Source of the DNA: Paraspadella gotoi
Lineage: Eukaryota; Animalia; Chaetognatha
Direction of reading: 5' to 3'
Assembly: GCA_051294375.1 (NCBI GenBank)
Contig: CM119268.1
Coordinates: 9,866,370 to 9,930,369 of the forward strand
DNA: 64,000 nucleotides
This document shows, in pieces, positions 26,192 to 41,200 of this stretch. Both the position numbers and the translations under genes were made by a program. The number at the start of each line of letters is the position of its first letter. Position 1 is the stretch's first letter. The notes beneath the pieces are model-generated. The model saw nothing but the letters and a program-made list of their open reading frames with translations, ran no database searches and was not told where the DNA came from.

Positions 26192-29171
26192 TACCAGTCT
26201 GCCTATCTTTTTCCCTTATCTTACTCTCTCATTTTTTTCTTTCTTTCTTTCTCTGTCTGTCTGTCTCTCTCTTTCTCTCTATCTTTATTTGTCTTAATAC
26301 CTGTTTGTCTGTAAGTTTTTCTGACCGTCTCCTTTTTTCTTTCTATTCCTATCCTTCTGTCTTCCACCACTAGCCCAAATTAACTTGATCTGGTTTCCCC
26401 CGACTCATTCAGCATCCACCTCCCTAACGAGTACGAGGAGCTGTGCTCCCGATTCGCGGAACATCTCCACGACTCGTGGGCGGTGGGAAGGATGATGGAA
26501 GAACCGCAGGACAAGGGGCTCAAGCCTTACATGTCGCTGGACAACATTGAAAGGTGAGTTTCTATTTCACTCATTGAATATTTAAATTAGGTTAGTTTTT
26601 TTGATAGTACATATATATTTGAATATCAATAGTTATTCATTGAATTATTTATTTTTTGTTTGACTTTGGTTGATGGGCTTGACTCTTCTATTAATTCTGA
26701 TTGATTGATTGAGTGATTGTTCGACTTTAGTAAGTTTACTCGATTTAAATATCAGCTTCATTAATTGATTGCTTGATTGATTGGTTGATTGATTCGTTTT
26801 TCCTTATCAGATCTCGCCGAGAAGGTCCAATCGCGACGACCCTGAAAGCGATAATTGCCCTCGATTGGAGTTTGGCTTTCAACGGACCGAGTCATCCACC
26901 GCGATCCTCGCCAGCGGTAAACCATTAAACATTAACCGATGCCGAAGATATTTTGTTATTCAATTCGTAAAAGAGAATTTTGATTTACCCTCTGTTTAAA
27001 TCGATTACAACTTATTGAGTTTATGTAGTATAAGAAAAGGTAAAGATGACAATGTTTTTTTGACGCGTAATTATCAATACTGCTCATTTTATCAATTTTT
27101 AAACCACCCTCCTTAATCTGCGAACACCTACGATACACTCGGCCATTATCCCATCCGCCCATCGACCCACATCCCGCAGAGTCCCGGCTTCTACGTCCCG
27201 AAGCCGCAAGACCTGAAAGTGATCACCCTGACGCGAGAGACGTCGGCGCTGGCGGACCGATTGGCGCAGAACGGTCACGAGATCTGGGCGAGTCGAAAGG
27301 CGGCCGAGTTGGCGGCCTTGGGCGGAGGAGCACCTCAAGCTCGTTCCTTACGACATTCTCATAGGTCGGTTTTAAGGGGAGAAAAGACGGGGGGTTGTGG
27401 GTGAGGGGGGCCAAAGGGGGGAGCGAGGGGGAAAGGAAAGGGGGAGAAGAGGGCTAGCGGTGATCGACCAGGAGAGACTTATTTGTAAATTTCAATATAT
27501 TTTGTTTAATTTTGAAACCAAAAAAAAAAAATCAAAGTGTACGAAGCAATCATAAATTTAACGAAGGCGTCTTATAATTAACTTTTCATTCTTTTATTAT
27601 TTCAGAGACTGAAAAAGCGGAACACAAGCAAATGGCGCAGGAGTTTGTTCGTTTCATCCAAGCCGACGGTTACANNNNNNNNNNNNNNNNNNNNNNNNNA
27701 AAAAAAGAAGCCTAACCCGAAAAGCGTGTAACCGTCGCTTGGATGAAACGAACAAACTCCTGCGCCATTTGCTTGTGTTCCGCTTTTTCAGTCTCTGAAA
27801 TAATAAAAGAATGAAAAGTTAATTATAAGACGCCTTCGTTACATTTATGATTGCTTCGTACACTTTGATTTTTTTTTTTTTGGTTTCGAAATTAAACAAA
27901 ATAATTGAATTTATTTTCAAATAAGTCTCTCCTGGTCGATCACCGCTAGCCCTCTTCTCCCCCTTTCCTTTCCCCCTCGCTCCCCCCTTTGGCCCCCCTC
28001 ACCACAACCCCCGTCTTTTCTCCCCTTAAAACCGACCTATGAGAATGTCGTAAGGAACGAGCTTGAGGTGACTCCTCCGCCCAAGGCCGCCAACTCGGCC
28101 GCCTTTCGACTCGCCCAGATCTCGTGACCGTTCTGCGCCAATCGGTCCGCCAGCGCCGACGTCTCTCGCGTCAGGGTGATCACTTTCAGGTCTTGCGGCT
28201 TCGGGACGTAGAAGCGGGACTCTGCGGGATGTGGGTCGATGGCGGATGGGATATGGCGAGTGTATCGTAGGTGTTTCGCAGATTAAGGAGGGTGGTTTAA
28301 AAATTGATAAAATGAGGCAGTATTGATAATTACGCGTCAAAAAAACATTGTCATCTTTACCTTTTCTTATACTACATAAACTCAATAAGTTGTAATCGAT
28401 TTAAACAGAGGGTAAATCAAAATTCTCTTTTACGAATTGAATAACAAAATATCTTCGGCATCGGTTAATGTTTAATGGTTTACGCTGGCGAGGATCGCGG
28501 TGGATGACTCGGTCCGTTGAAAGCCAAACTCCAATCGAGGGCAATTATCGCTTTCAGGGTCGTCGCGAATTGGACCTTCTCGGCGAGATCTGATAAGGAA
28601 AAACGAATCAATCAAGCAATCAATCAACTTAATGAAGCTGATATTTAAATCGAGTAAACTTACTAAAGTCGAACAATCACTCAATCAATCAATCAGAATT
28701 AATAGAAGAGTCAGCCCATCAACCAAAGTCAAACAAAAAATAAATAATTCAATGAATAACTATTGATATTCAAATATATATGTACTATCAAAAAAAACTA
28801 ACCTAATTTAAATATTCAATGAGTGAAATAGAAACTCACCTTTCAATGTTGTCCAGCGACATGTAAGGCTTGAGCCCCTTGTCCTGCGGTTCTTCCATCA
28901 TCCTTCCACCGCCCACGAGTCGTGGAGATGTTCCGCGAATCGGGAGCACAGCTCCTCGTACTCGTTAGGGAGGTGGATGCTGAATGAGTCGGGGAAACCA
29001 GATCAAGTTTAATTTGGGCTAGTGGTGGAAGACAGAAGATAGGAACCAGAAAAACACGACACGGTTTAAGACAAATAAGAGATAGAGAGAAAGAGAGAGA
29101 CAGACAGACAGAGAAAGAAAGAAAGAAAAAAATGAGAGAGTAAGATAAGGGAAAAGATAGGCAGACTGGTA

Positions 29172-29214
<43 letters not shown>

Positions 29215-29715
29215 AGGATCAGGACGGACCTGCAGAAGGACTATAAGGTAACTGATGGCTTCATCTGATTCGTCTAATAGAGCACTTAACACAGCAGAAA
29301 GGTCTTAAAATTTAGTTTAGGGGAAATATAGACCAATATTGATCAGAATTCTATGCGTGACGCTGTTATCTAATGAACACATAAGGATTCTTTCATTTTT
29401 CTAAATACGTTAATTTCCTAGAATATATTTGAAAATTTGGTATATCTCTTCCTTAGTCCAACCCCGCCATCTCAAGTACGTGTTTAGTTTGTAACTAAGA
29501 ACTTTGAGGCTCAGAAATCTCAATTCCAGGACCGAGCAGTATATCTATGATCGTGAAGCGTATAAAGTATTATACATTTGATTATTTGGCATATAAGTTG
29601 ATTATTAATATTTTAATCTTGACGAGGCTTAGGTCAGCCAAATTGATTCATTCTTGGATTTGCATCGTATTCGCATTTTCTTTTCGCAGGCACTGGTAAT
29701 TACTGAAGATTGACA

Positions 29716-29795
<80 letters not shown>

Positions 29796-32700
29796 AGAGC
29801 TAAAAAGACAGGGGAAAAGACAGAGAAAGACTGACCCCCTCGTGTCGATCGGTTTGGCTGATAGACGCCGTCAGAGGCTGAGCCGTCATAGCAGCGATGT
29901 CTCGTCGGAGCGGTGAGGCGTAATCGGGCGGAGGCACAGCCGATTGCGATGAGGCAGGCAAGCGTTGCCAAAGAGATCGGGATGTAGGCCTGTTGGGGAG
30001 GGGAGAATTAGAAAATTAGTTATTAGATATTAGTTAATTTTTATATTGGTTGACCAATTTTATAATAATGTACAAAATGACGATGGTAAAATAGGATTAG
30101 TTTTTTTAAACAGTAATTAAAATTATATAGAAAACTACAATAAACAACTACAATAAAACGTATATTCAGTAATAGAGTTAATTTTTTGTATTAGTTAGTT
30201 CTGGTAATCGCATCTCTCACCGTTGAGCGAGAGAATCAAATATCCAGTGAAGAGTTGCATCGTTAGCCTCTTTCTTCTTCCGTCGCCGTGGCAAATTGTC
30301 CCTTTTCGCTCCCGTAGTATTTGCTGTGTCGCTCGTAGTGAAGAGTCAGCACCTAGCGGAACGAACCGAAAACGACGGAGTGAAGAAAAAACAAAATAGC
30401 GGCGATTTGGAAAACGAATGAACGAAGGGCCACGGAATGAGCGAACTGAAAAAAAAAAAAAAAAAAACGGATGAAAAGCGAAGTTTTATGATGTTTTACA
30501 TAAATGTATTCGAATACTATAATACACTATAAAGCACTATGTATAGCGAAACGATACGAAGGTAACTAATAGTACACGTGTACTGGTTTAACTAATCCGA
30601 CGTCTTACCGCCTTTCCGATTCGACAGCGAAGGTAGAGAGAGTTTTAAGGGAAGCATTGGATCGCCTCGAAAAAAAAAAATTCGAGAAAAACTCGACTGT
30701 ACTGACCTTTAAGGGGACGACTGTGTGTTCGGAGAGGGCGGGGATATCGTGGACGAGCTTGCGGAGGAGCGACGTCATCATCGGCGCCTTCAGTTCGCTG
30801 AAAAAATTTATTAAATAAATATTTGTACTTTATGCAATATTTATATATACGTATAAACATTAAATTTACTGGGAAAACAGTCAACTAATGGTGATAATAA
30901 ACTTTGGTATTAACATTTAAAATTAAAAGAATTCTTTTTAAAAATGACAATTTTTCTTAAAAAACTGACTCAGTCAAGGCGAGCAGAAAGTTGGCGGCGA
31001 TCTCACGCTGTCCCTTCGTCAGACTCCTGCCACTTGGAGAGTCTATAAGCCGTGTGCAGTGTCGTTTCCACCAGAGAGTTGTGACTGTCCGAATCTGAAC
31101 ATAATTATTACAATTGGTCGCTATTGTTCTTTAGATTTGGTATTGGGTCGCCGTCTAATGTCGTGTCGTGGTGGCTTCAGAGACGATTTAAAACCTTAAT
31201 CACTTGCCTTTGAAAAAGTAGGAATACTTGATGAGCAGCGGAAGAACTGCGTTGCCAAGGTAACGGTTGAGCGCCAAAGCCATGTCGCTCTCGGTCTTTT
31301 CCGACGCCTAATCGGGCAGGGATGTAGGGTGGAGATTAAATGTCCAACTTAGACACGATTAAATAAAAAACTTCGTTGCTCAAAAAACCGTCATATAATT
31401 ATTGATTCTTTTCTTTCATTCGCACAAGTTAGAATTGAGATTGTCAGCGCGTATTAAAAAATAAATAAAACTTCTAGTTAAATTCTAATTCAGGATCAAA
31501 AAAATAATTAGTATCAACGATTCGAGAAATTGAAACTGAATTTTATTTTAAACTTTGAAACAATGAATGCCGCGTGAAATTTAATTAATCATTTTGTTCA
31601 ATTCAATGCAGGGAGAAAAAAAACCAACATATTCACTGCATTCATTGATGCGGACTTCATTATTTAAACTGGAAACGTTTGTCAATTTCGCGAAGATGAG
31701 GCGATTCCCTTTTGTTTTAAAATTATTTCGTTCTAATCTACCGAAAATCGATATATTTTTGGACGCGAGGATCGAATTCCTCTTCCGTTTGGCGTCGTCT
31801 CTTACCAATCTCGCCTTTTGTTTTTTTTTGTTTTTGTTTTGTTTTTTTAAAAAGCAAAAGAGAAATAGTTTTGTTTTTACGGCACGTACGTTGAGTTATA
31901 AACGTCGGTCACGTCTTTACGTTTATATTCATTATTCAACGACATTAAAATCGTTACTAGTTGATGGATAAGCTTTCAATTCATCATTAACCGAATCTAT
32001 AACAAAGTGGGAAATTTTCGGTTCAGTTTTGTTTCCTTAAATTATTAAAATTTCAAACCTTCGTGAGAGAGAAAATTGATTACAAAGGAAAACTTTTCAA
32101 AAATTGACAACGTGATTTTCACATCGCGAGATTAAATAGTTCTCACTCCTCACCGAGTCCAGCGTGGTGGCCGTTCTCATGTCGGGCAGGAAGGCGTTCT
32201 CCAGGATTCTCATAAAGTCTCTTGATCGGGCACCCCGTACACGCGATCCCATAAACAACACCAGAGCAGCCTTGTGCGTCGGAAGTAGACCGGGGGGCAT
32301 GTCGCTGATCCATCTAGAGAATGTAGATGAAATAATAAAATCGGAAAGAGATAAATACGATGTTGAACGTAAACAAAATAAATAAAGGTTAAAAACAAAT
32401 GAAAAAAGTTAAACTGCGAAGTGTTACGACAAACAAAAAAACCACACCCTTCATTGCCGACAGAGGGCAGGATGAACCTAAGCGACAATGCCCCTCGAGA
32501 TCGACGGTGGAGACGAGCGATCTTAAGATGGCGCGCGCGCGAGAGAGTCGCTCTTCCCCATCTTGATGGCCTCCTCGGAAGGGCGCATCGACCCAGGAGG
32601 TCGACCAGGACCGAGTAGAAAGTCAGCACGGCGTCGCCTGTCGTACAAGAGAGAACGTTGATTTCAACTTGTATAAAATTACGAATACCATTTTGCCTAG

Positions 32701-35455
32701 CCTGCCGTTATTCTCGATATAATTACTAATAGTCAGATAAGGGGGACAATTTTTTTAAAATTAACTGATAAATAAAAAGTTGAACTTACATTATTTCTAA
32801 AATTAATCTATTGAATCATCATTTTTTACTCACCCATATCAATGTAATCATCGTCTTCTTCCGGCAAAGCGCTGTAGTTATATCTCCTATTGTAAAAAAG
32901 GAAGAACGCAGGATTTAAATACATACTGGATACCCGAACCTTTTTAATTTCCAATTCCTCGCTTCGGCGTCAAAGCCCGACACTCCACTCACGGGATGAC
33001 GACGTCGTCGAGAGGCGTGCCCTCGTTGAGCGCTTCGAAGAGCTTGGCCTGACTCGGGTCTTTGGCGACGCGAATGCTCTGGCTGATCTTGATCCCGCCC
33101 TTCATAGCCTTCACAGGCCCCCGCCCTCGCCCGCCAACGCCGGGCCGAGGCATTCGGGCCGACGGATGAGAAGGCGGATGACCAGATTCGCGTTTTCCTC
33201 GATCGATTCGCCTGGAAGGGAGTAAGAGATGAGATTGAGTAAACATTTACGTACCCTTGTGCTTGTAACCAATTAACGATCGCAAAAGGTTATTACAATC
33301 GCCAAAGAGAGCAATTATTATATATTTTCCATTGTGATGTAATCCTCTCTTTTCGTTGTGTAGAGATAATTAGAAGAGTTTGAAATTAGTATCAACAACG
33401 ATTTATTTTGTTATAATGGACATGTTTCGGCTTAGGTACAAGCCTTCTTCAGCATTAACAGTTGTAAAATATTTTCCAAATCACATGATTACTTAAATAT
33501 GCAAATCATATTGAAGAGATCAGGTCCAGGTCTGGCGGGCGAATTGTAGCACATATGTTTTTTTTAATTCATTTTTTATATTTATATTTCAAGATAAAAT
33601 AATTGAGTAATCGCCGACGGTTTTCCAATTACATCCAGAAAGATTTTCGATTACAGCGATTATCAGATGGGATTCTCACCGTTGACCCAGACGCAGAACC
33701 TCAGAAAATCCAAGTATCGTTCTCCGTCGACGGGATCCCAGCCGATGTCGGGGTAACCCTTGGAGATTAGGTCCTGGAACCACGAAATGAGAAACATTGA
33801 AGAAAAAACTTTTTAAAGTAGACGAGCTAAAATTAACGAATTAAAACGAATTAAAATGCGTAAAAAGTGACCGGATTCGGGTTTCACCTGGTTGGAGTTG
33901 AGTCCGCATTTGGAGAGGTAGATGGTGACCTTCTCCAAGTGACCCTCCCTTTTTTTTTTTTGCACGCGTCACTCGCCTCGTTATAGTATCTCTGCGCAGT
34001 ATGCATTGCGCAATGCATTTGCACCACATGCATGTCTGCGATTCATTGACGCTCTCATCGACGAGGCAAAATTTTCAAGCACACACTTTTCGATTGCTTT
34101 TGCTAATTTGAAACTTTTTCTTCTTTTTTTCGCTCCACGGATTTTATCGGTCTCTTTCCTTTTCTTCTGCCGTGATGCCCTCGATGCCGATCGATCGTTG
34201 CCATGCCGCGATCGATACTGCGATGCCCTGATTGATATCCCTCAATCGATGATCCTTTTCATCATGGTTTGGAACCTCGCATGCCACGAACCCCTCCCGT
34301 TTGTTTCGATCCCAAAGTCCGGACGAGGATTTGAATCTGACTTCCTCCAGGAACGTCGGCGGAGAGGGAGCCGGCTCCTCCACGGAGAAGAGGTTCGCCT
34401 ACAGCCTCTTGTCGAAACTCTTGGAGTACGTCGACCGCGCCTCTTACAACATCAAGGCCGTGAAGCCTGGGTCAAGGTTCGTGTGACGTCGGTTGGTGCT
34501 GTAGTTGATTTATTTGATCTCAGCAGTTTGATTATTGATTGATTGATTGATTGGGTGATTAATTTGTTTATTATTTTATTATTTTTAAATTTGATTGATT
34601 GATCGATAGATTCGATCTGATGGCTGTGATTTATTTTATCTCATTATTGAGTAATTTTTTTCATTGATTTACTACTCGAATAATTGACTCAACGATTGAT
34701 TGATTGATTGATTGATTGATTTATATATTTATTGATTTATTGAATGATTTATTTATTGACTGATTTATTTATTTATTGACTGATTTATTTATTTATTGAC
34801 CGATTTATTTATTTATTTCGTGAGAGAATGGTTGCTTAATTGATTTAAATTGTAATTTTATTTCTCCTAGATTTACGCGTCGCGATTCCTATTCCACAAC
34901 AACGGAGGACGTCAAATTTTTCGGGAAAGTCGTTCTGCCGCTCGTGGGTCGCTACTTCACCGCCCACCGCCTCTACCTCCTTGGCGCCGGCGCCTCCTCC
35001 AAGGAGAAGGAGATGGTCGTCCAACTCTTTTGTAAACTCTCATCGCTGCTTCGGCAGAAGATGACGGCCTTTGGATCGGAGGTTCCCTTCGCGACTTTGT
35101 CCCAAGTCTCGATATTCATTAGAGTTCCCAATAACTATGCCAAACCTTCGTCCACAGGTCCAAATCTCGGTCCAGTGTCTTAAGACGCTCGTCGGAGCGG
35201 TGGACGCTCGCACCGTCGCCCACAACAGCCCGGAATTCATTAGGGCCTCCTTGCTGCCCTACTTCAACTTCGCCGCCGACGACCTTACGCAGGTCAGTTC
35301 GTTATTGTTTCAGATATAAATGTAGAAGTTTATGAAAATTTGCAAATTACTTGTTTCACTATTTTCTATTTTTATATTTTATGTAATTTTTCTAGTTTTT
35401 TTGACGGTTTCTTTGGGTTTTTTTTTAATATCTCTATTAGCTCCGTCTAGTTCGT

Positions 35456-35488
<33 letters not shown>

Positions 35489-38156
35489 TTTCTTCTCTTT
35501 CTTTCTTTCTTTCTTTCTTTTCTTTCTTTTTTCTTTCTTTCCTTTTTTATTTCTTTCTTTCCTTTTTTTTCTTTCTTTCCTTTTTTCATTTCTTTCTTTC
35601 CTTTTATTTCTTTCTTTCCTTTTTTATTCTTTCTTTCTTTCCTTTTTTAAAAAATTTCTTTCTTTCTTTCCTTTTTTATTTATTTGGTGGCCTTATTTTC
35701 TTAATCGATTCTCCTTTTTCTCTTCCTTAGGTGGTTAACAATCTCCAAAAAGGGAAATTTACTCACGTGAAAGGCACTTACATACGGGGCGCTACATCAT
35801 TAAATTACGTCAACATGGTCTTGATGCCGACTTTGACCGCAATGTTCGACCATCTGGGTTTAGTCGAACAAGGCGTCGATCTACTCAGTGAGTTTTCATT
35901 TTGATTTATATCGAAACGAAAAAAAAACATAAAAAAAAACAAACAAAAATAATAGCGAGACATGAGATACAAAATGCTCTTTTGTTTTCTCTCAGTCGGC
36001 GAAGTACAGGTGGCGTGCTATCGAATCCTAAACGCGCTATACACTTTGCGCCACGAACGAAGCGTCTTCGCCGCCACCTCCAACGTCTTGAAACACGAGT
36101 TGGAGCGACATCTACCGGAGCTGGGCAGGTGAGGTCTAATTGTATTTTGTTTAGCTTAAAATTGATAGCGAGTTTAGGAAAAAAAGTGAGACTTAAAATA
36201 TCCGCTTGGCCATGGGATAGTTTTTCAGAGTTCTTCATAGTTTCTTTCGAGTTTTTTCAGAGTCTACTCAAATTTACAATCCCTTTTCCAGTTGTCTAGC
36301 GGCGTTTGCCACTTGTTTCCCTCCTCGAACCTTCGCTCAACAGCAACAACAAAGACTCCATCATGTTCGGTTTGGGCGACGAATCTCGCCGAACACTCTC
36401 TCGAAGCGCAAGGTCAGTCCCGTCCAAATCGAAACTTGATCCAAATTGGTTTCTTTACGCATCTTCATCGACAAAAAAAACTCTTTTGTCTTTTCGACTA
36501 CAGCGGTGATGGAGAACTTGGCGGCGACATTCTCCGGCCTCGATCCCGTCATCGCCTCCATCAAGAGTTTGGCGGAGAATTTCTCCTACGAGGACGCTCC
36601 GCACATAGTCGAGGTTGCGGCTTTGAGTTTTGAATTCAAAATCTCGGCTTTTTATCAATCACCTAGTGATAACTTTCCCGACTCGTAAAAATGAGGATAA
36701 ATGAGCATAGAATTTCTAGTAAAAATGAGGATAAATGAGCATAGAATTTCTAGTAAAAAAACCCAAAAAAAAAACCAAATAATCATCGTCAGGTGACGCT
36801 GCCAATGGTCTGCGCCTACTTGCCCAACTGGTGGCCCCGCGGACCCGACAACTGCGCCGAGGGCCCCAAAGTCACCGAGGTTGTTGGCAGCATGATGTGC
36901 GACATCTTGGGCGCCGTTCTTCAGCTGATCAAGGTGATTTTCGCAACCACGTTTTTTTTGTTTGAATACGATCGGTGCTCGATTTTATCGTTCATTTCAA
37001 ACCTCCAGAACAACATCGGCAACAACGAAGCGCCGTGGATGACCCGGATCGCGACCTGCACCCAGACCATCATCGGCAACTCGACCCCGGATCTCCTCGA
37101 GGCCGTCTTCAAACCCGTCGTCACCGTCGCCAGGGATTCCGCCGCAGCGATTCTCAAGGAGGAGGAAGGGATCAAGAAGGGAGGCAGCTCAGTCGACGCA
37201 GAGCAGGAAGTGGCGGAGGTTCGATTGGATTCGTTTTGATAGGATTAGATCGAATTTGAATTAACTTGATTGATTTTAGTGATTCGATTGATTTTTTTTT
37301 TAATGAAAATTGCAAAATTGCAAAATATACGAATTAAACTGTTCGATAAAGACAAAGACAATAGAGGGATTAGAATCCGAGAGGCAACCCTTCCCCCCCT
37401 CCACCTCACTCCAGAAATACGGCATCCTCGTGCGCGACATCTACGCGATGTTTCCGCTGCTCATCAAATACGTGGATTTGCATCGCGGGTTTTGGTTAAA
37501 GAACCCGATTCCCGAAGCCGAACTCGTCAACACGCTGGTTTCGGAGATCTTCCAAGTCTGGGTCAACAGTCAGGTTTGTCCGGCAAAGGGATGTTCCCCT
37601 TCTAATTGTGGACGAGGAGCATTTTGGTTTGTTTTTAAAATGTATTTATTTATATTTATTTAACATTTATTATCGCAGATTTGACTTTTTAAGGAGACAG
37701 AATTGTACGATGTGCATATGATATATATGTTATATATCCTTCGATTGGTTTCGCAAACGAAGATTTGTCTCGTGCTCCCTTCTCTATCTTGTTTATTTGT
37801 CGTTTTCATTCGTTTTTAACTTTTTCGTTTTTGTTTTTTTTCTGCATTTCTAATTTATTCACTTTTTACTTCGTTTTTCCCTCGCATATTTTGAACGACC
37901 CTTCTCACGTATTTTCTCATTTGTAATTATTACGTTCTCCTTCTGACTTTTTAAGCATCACATTTTTCTCATTGTTTTGTTATTTTGTTATCAAGACTTT
38001 TACTGATCATCCGATAAATTATACTCTCGTTCTTGCATGATTTTAATAGAAGATGGAATCTTTGTGACATCGTAAAGCTTTTATATTTGTCATAAATTTT
38101 CCGTCAATCCTTCACGTTGATATTTATCGGATGATTCTTAATCAGACTTACGCTTG

Positions 38157-38244
<88 letters not shown>

Positions 38245-41200
38245 TCTCTCTTCACTTTTTCTAAATCTATCCCTTTCTCTCTCTCTGTCTCCCGCGCTCA
38301 CGAAAAAATAGTTTTTCAAGCGCGAGGAGCAAAACTTCGTTGCCCGAAACGAGATCGACAGCATGACTTTGATCATGCCGACAACGTCCAAACGCGGGGG
38401 CGGCGCTGCCGTCGCCGCAGCCGACGACGCCCACGGAGGATCCGAGATCCAGAACCTCAAGCGAAGAGGACAGTACAAGAAGAAGCTGGAGAGAATTTGC
38501 TCGCTCAACGTGGCCTGCCTCAAGCGGCTGCTACCTATCGGTGAGAGGAGGAACTTCGAATTGAGAAAAGGCTGACGAAATTGCTGAAATTAAATACGTA
38601 ATTGTACGAAACTATAAACACTCATGCTATTTGGGTGTCTAAAATCTAATTTGCATATTGTAGAAATGTTTAAATGAGCTTTCATTCCGAATTATCTTGA
38701 CTAATGACAGATTACATTTATGTAATTTTAATTTTAAAAACGACATTATTCCCTTAATTCGGTGTTTTTGACCCAGATCAAGATCACTAAAATGATGTAG
38801 AACTTACTAAAGATTAAGGCTAAGATGAGTTAAAAATAAGGAAAATATCGATATACATATGAATTTGTTTTAATTTTTATGTCTTCGAAATTATTTTAGG
38901 GATGAATCTCTTCACTGGTCGCGAACAAGAAATCATTCAATACACTAAAGAGAAACTTCTTTTGGTGAGTTTTTCTCAAAGCTTCACGAGACAGAGTCGG
39001 CAAAACACGCCACTTACAATTTAAAAAAAAAAGGAAAAATTTCAAAAGGAAAAACCCGACGAGGAAGTGATGGAATTCGTGAAAACGAGTCTCGAAGAAG
39101 ACGAATCGGTCATCCCGACGGACGAAAAAGCTTGGCAAAAGATGCTCTACAAGCAGATTGGTGGCGAACACCTCGCCGGGATTGAGGACCTGGCCGACCG
39201 CGCCGTTGACCGCATTTTCACGATGGCGCGCATTCTCAGCGCTATACACAAGGTGACGAGCCGAGGGCGAGTACGCGAAAGTTAGTCCCTATCACCTTTT
39301 TACTGTTTAAAACCTCGGGAAATGTTTTTTTTTTTGGTTTAAACTTTGCGATGTCCTTTTGTTTGTTCTTTTGTTTATGGCTTACAATGGAATAAAACAG
39401 ACCGTAAGTAAAACCGAGACAAAAATAAAATTTAAACAAAATACTTCCATAATTTTTTTTAGTGGGCGAACTAATGTGGAAGTAACAAAGATTAATAAAT
39501 ATCATTGACCCTCCCCCCCTTTCCAGGTGGAACATCCTGCCGCCAGCCAGAAGGGCGCCTGGAGAAAGCTCATCTCTTCCCAGAGGAAACGCGCCGTCAT
39601 GGCCTGTTTCCGCATGATCGCTCTGCACGGCTTGCCAAGGTGGGTTTTGTTGACGGCCTTAGATAAGTTGTTTTTTTGTATAATATTTAAGAATTATTAT
39701 TTAAATATTTATTAATTAGGCATCGCGCGATCAACCTCTTCTTACTGTCCTACAAAGAAAAATTTATGGATCTGGAAGAATCGGCCAAAGGAAATCTCAT
39801 CGAAGGTCGGCGATGAATGGATAAAATTAAAATTTGATTTTTTTTTGTGATATAAATCCTTTCTTTTCGTTGTTTGGGACGATTAGAGACAGTTTGAGTT
39901 TAATTTTGACATCGATTTTATTTTTATGCAAAACAGACATGTTTCGGCTTCATTTCAAGCCTTCATCAGCGTTATTAATAATATTGTCAAAATTAAACTC
40001 AAAACTGATTTTTTTTAAATTAATTCAATTTAGTTAATTAAATTACTAAAATACCGATCAGACCTGACGTCCGGTGGAGACGAGGAGAGCGGCGAAGAGG
40101 GAGAAACGGCCGCCGTGGCAAAATTCGATCCTTTGACTCAACTCGTCAATTGTTTTTCGATGGCGGCGACGACGGAGACAACGACATTGGAAGAGGATCC
40201 CCTCTATATAACCTACGCCGACATCCTGGCCACGGTGAGGACAAACGTTAATCACTTTTTTTTGGGGGGGGGATAAATCTGAATTCTTATAATTCGTATT
40301 CGTCGTGTCAGTGATATTTCTCTTTTAATTTTAGCTTTAAAAAATTAGTTTTTTTTTGATAATTTGTTGCCTGTCGTATTTTATCTTACATATCTATTGT
40401 CGTGAATAATATTAAATTAAATTGTTAATTTTTATTTAGAGTTGCGGCGGAGGCGCGGAAGAGGAGGAAGAGGAAGAGGGTCTCTCCTTCGAGGTGATCC
40501 CAAGTTATTTATAATTATGTACTTCATTGAAATTTTAAATTTTTTTATCGTTACGTTTTATATTATTTTCCTAAGTTTGCATAATAATGTGTGTCATGAA
40601 TACGATATTACTTTACGTTCCGCTTAGTACCGAAAAATTCTTCCCAAAACTGCTTTGTTTTATGCACATGCGCACAGCTAGTTCGGAGTTGGAATTATTG
40701 TGCCAAAGTTGAAGGTGATTGGTATCCACCCCAAATTGTATCTCCTTTTTAGGTTAATAATAAAAATAAAACGTCGACCCAAATCCTCTCTGGATAAGAA
40801 ATCTTTCTCGTAGTAGTAACTCCCGCTGTACTTTTATTGTCAGGTCTTTATATGTGCTTCATTCCGTTGTAAGTCCCTTTAATCGTTTTCTAAAAGGCAC
40901 GAGTTGGCAGAAACATGTCAGTCAATAATATTTGCAACATTGACTATTTTAATAGTGATTGATTGACAGTTCTACGAAAACTTGTTGCCTTTTTCGATTA
41001 TAATTCTGTTTTGTTCATGGTGTTTTTTGTATTCTTACAGGAACAAGAAATGCAAAAGCAAAAATTGCTGATGGAACAATCGCGCTGCTCGGAAAGAAAC
41101 GTCGCCAAACTCGTGTTGCTTTACATATCATCATGCAAAGGTGGTCCTTGATCTGTAACTCATTGCATAATATTAAAATTGCATATTATTCAAATTTTCA

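Noticed and set aside
27700-33950. A second RyR gene or pseudogene on the minus strand
   Set aside because: Introns are as identical as exons, errors are indel-type, and the fold is at a gap, so it is not an evolved paralog. The hammerhead at ~33415-33460 is just the mirror of 21501.
8456-38660. Recurrent ATATGCAAAT octamer (8457, 8883, 20654, 21455, 38648)
   Set aside because: Short AT-rich motif in AT-rich introns with no clustering; a regulatory role cannot be supported.
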